Program-made: the position numbers and the translations under genes
NCBI GenBank assembly: GCA_963737655.1
Contig: CAVTTN010000002.1
Span: 2,560,001 to 2,624,000, forward strand
Source: an uncultured Planctomycetota bacterium
Lineage (GTDB): Bacteria > Planctomycetota > Planctomycetia > Isosphaerales > Isosphaeraceae
Direction: 5' to 3'
Length of the DNA stretch: 64,000 nt
Part shown: positions 61,334 through 64,000 of the stretch, piece after piece
How positions within the stretch are numbered: the stretch's first letter is position 1
Layout of the letters: each line of letters begins with the position of its first letter
The notes under the pieces: generated by a model
Seen by the model: only the letters and a program-made list of their open reading frames with translations
The model's database searches: none
Told to the model about the DNA's origin: nothing

Positions 61334-63857
61334 ATGACGACCGAAGGCCCCCTGCTCGCCAAGTCCCCCCCGAAGGGCGGCGGCCCGCCCCCCCACGAGA
61401 TCACCCTGATCGGCCATACGGAATGCGTCCTCCACGCCGTCGATGCGATCTTCGGCGAGAGGGGCCGTCCGACGCCGCTGGCCCGGTCCTGGCTCCGCTT
61501 CTTCGGGATCGCCGAGGACCAATTCGATCGATTCCGCCGCCACCTCCGGGTCTCCGCCGCGGCCCATGATTGGGGGAAGGCGAACGACGGCTTTGGCGCG
61601 ATGATCCGCAAGGAAGGGCAGCAGTCCGTCCGCCACGAGCACCTGAGCGGCTACCTCCTGGCCGACCTGCTCGCCGACCCCGGCGTCTCCGCCTGGCTGG
61701 AGGGCGCCGGGATCGATGGCCGGATCGTCCTCGCGGCGGTCCTCGGGCACCACGCGAAGGCGGCGAAGGCGGGGCGCGACCACGAGGTCGGCCAGTGGTC
61801 CGGCATCGCCGACTCGTTCCGGGTCCGCTCCGATCACACCGACTTCGACGCGATCTGGCGGCTGATCCAGGACGAGGTGGGGACTTCGGCGCCGGCGGGC
61901 CCGACGTTCCCGGGACGCCTGAAGCAGGCGCCCGCCTTCGAGCGGTTCAAGAGGCTCCACGCGACGCTCGGGGCCGAGCAGAAGCGCCTCCGAGAGAATC
62001 CCCAGGCCATGCGCTGGGTCGCGGCCGTCCGCGCCGGCCTGATCGCGGCCGATTCGGTCGGCTCGGCGTCCGTCCGCATGGAGGACCACGAGAAGGACCC
62101 GGGCCGGAGGATCGGCCGGTTCGTCGGCGAGTGCTTCGCGAAGGCCCTGACCGCCGAGGAGGTCTGGGGCAAGGTCGTCGTTGAGCGGGTAGGGAGCCTC
62201 AGGGCGAACCGGCGGTGGGACGACTCGAAGGGCGAGCGGGTCCGCCGCCTCGCCGGGTTCCACAAGTTCCAGGCGGGGATCGCGGTCCAGGGCCCTCGCG
62301 TCCTGATGACGGCGGCCTGCGGCTCGGGCAAGACGCTGGCGGCCTGGGTCTGGATTGTCGAGCAGTTGGAGAGGCGCGAGAGAAGGGATTCGCACGTCTC
62401 GCGTCCTCTTCCTCTACCCGACGCGGGCCACGGCCACCGAGGGCTTCCGCGACTACGTCTCGTGGGCGCCCGAGGACGACGCCGGCCTCCTCAGCGGGAC
62501 CGCCGCCTACGAACTGAAGGACATCTTCGGCACGCCCGACGACTCCGCCTCGAAAGACCCCCGGCGCGGCCGGAACTACCAATCGGAGTCGCGGCTCTTC
62601 GCCCTCGGCCACTGGAAGAAGCGGATCTTCTCGGCGACGGCCGACCAGTTCTTCCCGTTCCTCCAGTTCGAATACGGGCCGCTCTGCCTCCTGCCGCTGC
62701 TGGCCGAGTCGATCGTCGTCGTCGACGAGGTCCACTCGTTCGACCGCTCGATGTTCTCCACCCTCAGGCGGTTCCTCCGCGAGTTCCCCGCCGTCCCGGT
62801 CCTCTGCATGACGGCCACGCTCTCGAAGATCCGGAGGGGCGAGCTCCTCGACCCGGCCATCGGCGGCCTGACCGCCTACCCCAGGGAGATGCCGATCGAC
62901 CTCGAAGAGGACGCCACCCACCCCCGCTATCGCGTCGAGTGGATCGACCGCGAGGGGGCGGGACCCCTCGCCCGCGACGAGCTCGCCGCCGGCCGCCGCG
63001 TCCTCTGGGTCTCCAACCGCGTGGCCGACTGCCAGGACGCCTACGAGGCCGCCCGCGACCCCGACGAGGTCCATTCCGATTCGGATTCGATCCGGCGATT
63101 CTGCTACCACAGCCGCTACAGGCTCAAGGACCGCAAGGACCGTCATCGCGAGCTGGTCGAAGCGTTCCAGGACTCGGCCCGGGGAACGGCGGAAGGGCCG
63201 GGAGTCTTCGGCTCGACGACGCAGGTTTGCGAGATGTCCTTGGATTTGGATGCCCAAGTCCTGATCACGTCTCTCGCCCCGATCGCCTCCCTGATTCAAC
63301 GAATGGGAAGGTGTAATCGTGATTCTAAGAGGATGAAATCGGAGGGGCTCATCGGCCGGGTCTACGTGATCCGGCCCGAGCCCGGGAAGGAACTCCCTTA
63401 CGAAAAAGAGGAGCTGGAGGCGGCCGAGCGGTTCGTGGACGCGATCGTCGGCCTGCGGGGTCCCGAACAGGCGATTTCGCAGCAGAAGTTGGAGGACCTC
63501 TACCGCAAATTCGATCCCAGCCAGGAGGAACCCGAGTTGCTGAGCCCCTTCCTCGACTCCGGACCCTACGCCGCCGCGAAGGAGGCGTCGTTCCGCGACA
63601 TCGAGGCGCATACCGTCCCGTGCCTCCTGGACGACGACCTGAAGCACAAGGTCATCCCCATCCTCCAGGCCCATGACCCGGCCGAGCGGATCATCGACGG
63701 CTTCGTCGTGCCGGTCCCGAGGCGATTCGCGACCGAGCCGAAGCCCGAGGCAACCTGGTTCCCTCGCTGGCTCTCCGTGGCGAGGATGTCGGCCTACGAC
63801 GAGGCGATCGGCTTCGACGAACGGAAGATCGCCCCGGGCGGCGGGGGTGACGCATGA
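61334..63857 (+). CDS. cas3: Cas3 HD nuclease-helicase, frameshift near 62380
   Basis: LAKS..H, HDWGKAN, RHE, HH, CGSGKT; next frame FLYPT, DEVH, MTATL, TQVCEMSLDLD and QRMGRCNR. Confidence 0.94.
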
Positions 63858-64000
63858 GCAAGGCCAAGGGCAAGGCACCGGCCGTCGAGTCGATCTCCCT
63901 GACCTTCGACCTCCACGACCTCCCCACCGCCCAGCACCGCGCGGGCCTGGCGGGCCTGATCTTCCAGGTCGATGCGATGGTTGCGTCGAAACGGCCCGGG
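63854..64000 (+). CDS. cas8: Cas8 (Cmx8, I-B/MYXAN), 3' partial
   Basis: ATGA overlap with cas3; L.FDL.DLPTAQH.AGLAGL N-terminal Cmx8 motif. Confidence 0.82.
   Translation, partial: MSKAKGKAPAVESISLTFDLHDLPTAQHRAGLAGLIFQVDAMVASKRPG

Larger units (their letters stand above)
30565..64000. mobile_element. tRNA-Arg-anchored genomic island (right end not identified)
   Basis: Integrase next to the tRNA 3' end, four IS families, replication-module relics, heterogeneous GC, cas genes. Confidence 0.75.

Noticed and set aside
30674..64000. CRISPR-associated transposon or integron
   Set aside because: No tnsABC/tniQ, cas3 is present, the integrase shows no evident IntI insertion, and the palindromes lack attC R-box structure.

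Overview
High-GC bacterial window, very probably a planctomycete (Isosphaeraceae-like gene content: DUF1580, kinase-TPR paralogs, planctomycete-type integrase). Bases 1-30.5 kb are core chromosome: S9 peptidase, SSS symporter, nitrilase-family hydrolase, dprA, aroB, serA, XPB helicase operon, ABC transporter and adk, interspersed with GTAG-type REP/REPIN hairpins. A genomic island starts at tRNA-Arg(CCG) (30491-30564). It carries a tyrosine integrase, three Ser/Thr kinase-TPR genes, IS5, ISAs1, IS66 and IS4 elements or remnants, duplicated relics of a satellite-like replication module (Prim-Pol, Zn-finger-Toprim, ParB-HTH, DUF1580) and about 11 copies of an island-restricted 17-bp palindrome. 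The window ends in a WYL gene, a sigma-70-like gene and a type I-B/MYXAN cas6-cas3-cas8(Cmx8) operon. Top finding: a degenerate two-repeat mini-CRISPR (59816-59916, minus strand) whose spacer positions 1-11 match a site with an ACG PAM in the leader of the sigma-like/cas6 operon. This looks like a CreR/CreA-type RNA-guided repression circuit whose first repressed gene is a sigma-factor-like protein. Many single-base frameshifts, including one in serA, suggest uncorrected long-read indels, so pseudogene calls are cautious. All family assignments are from motif recognition by eye; no searches were run.
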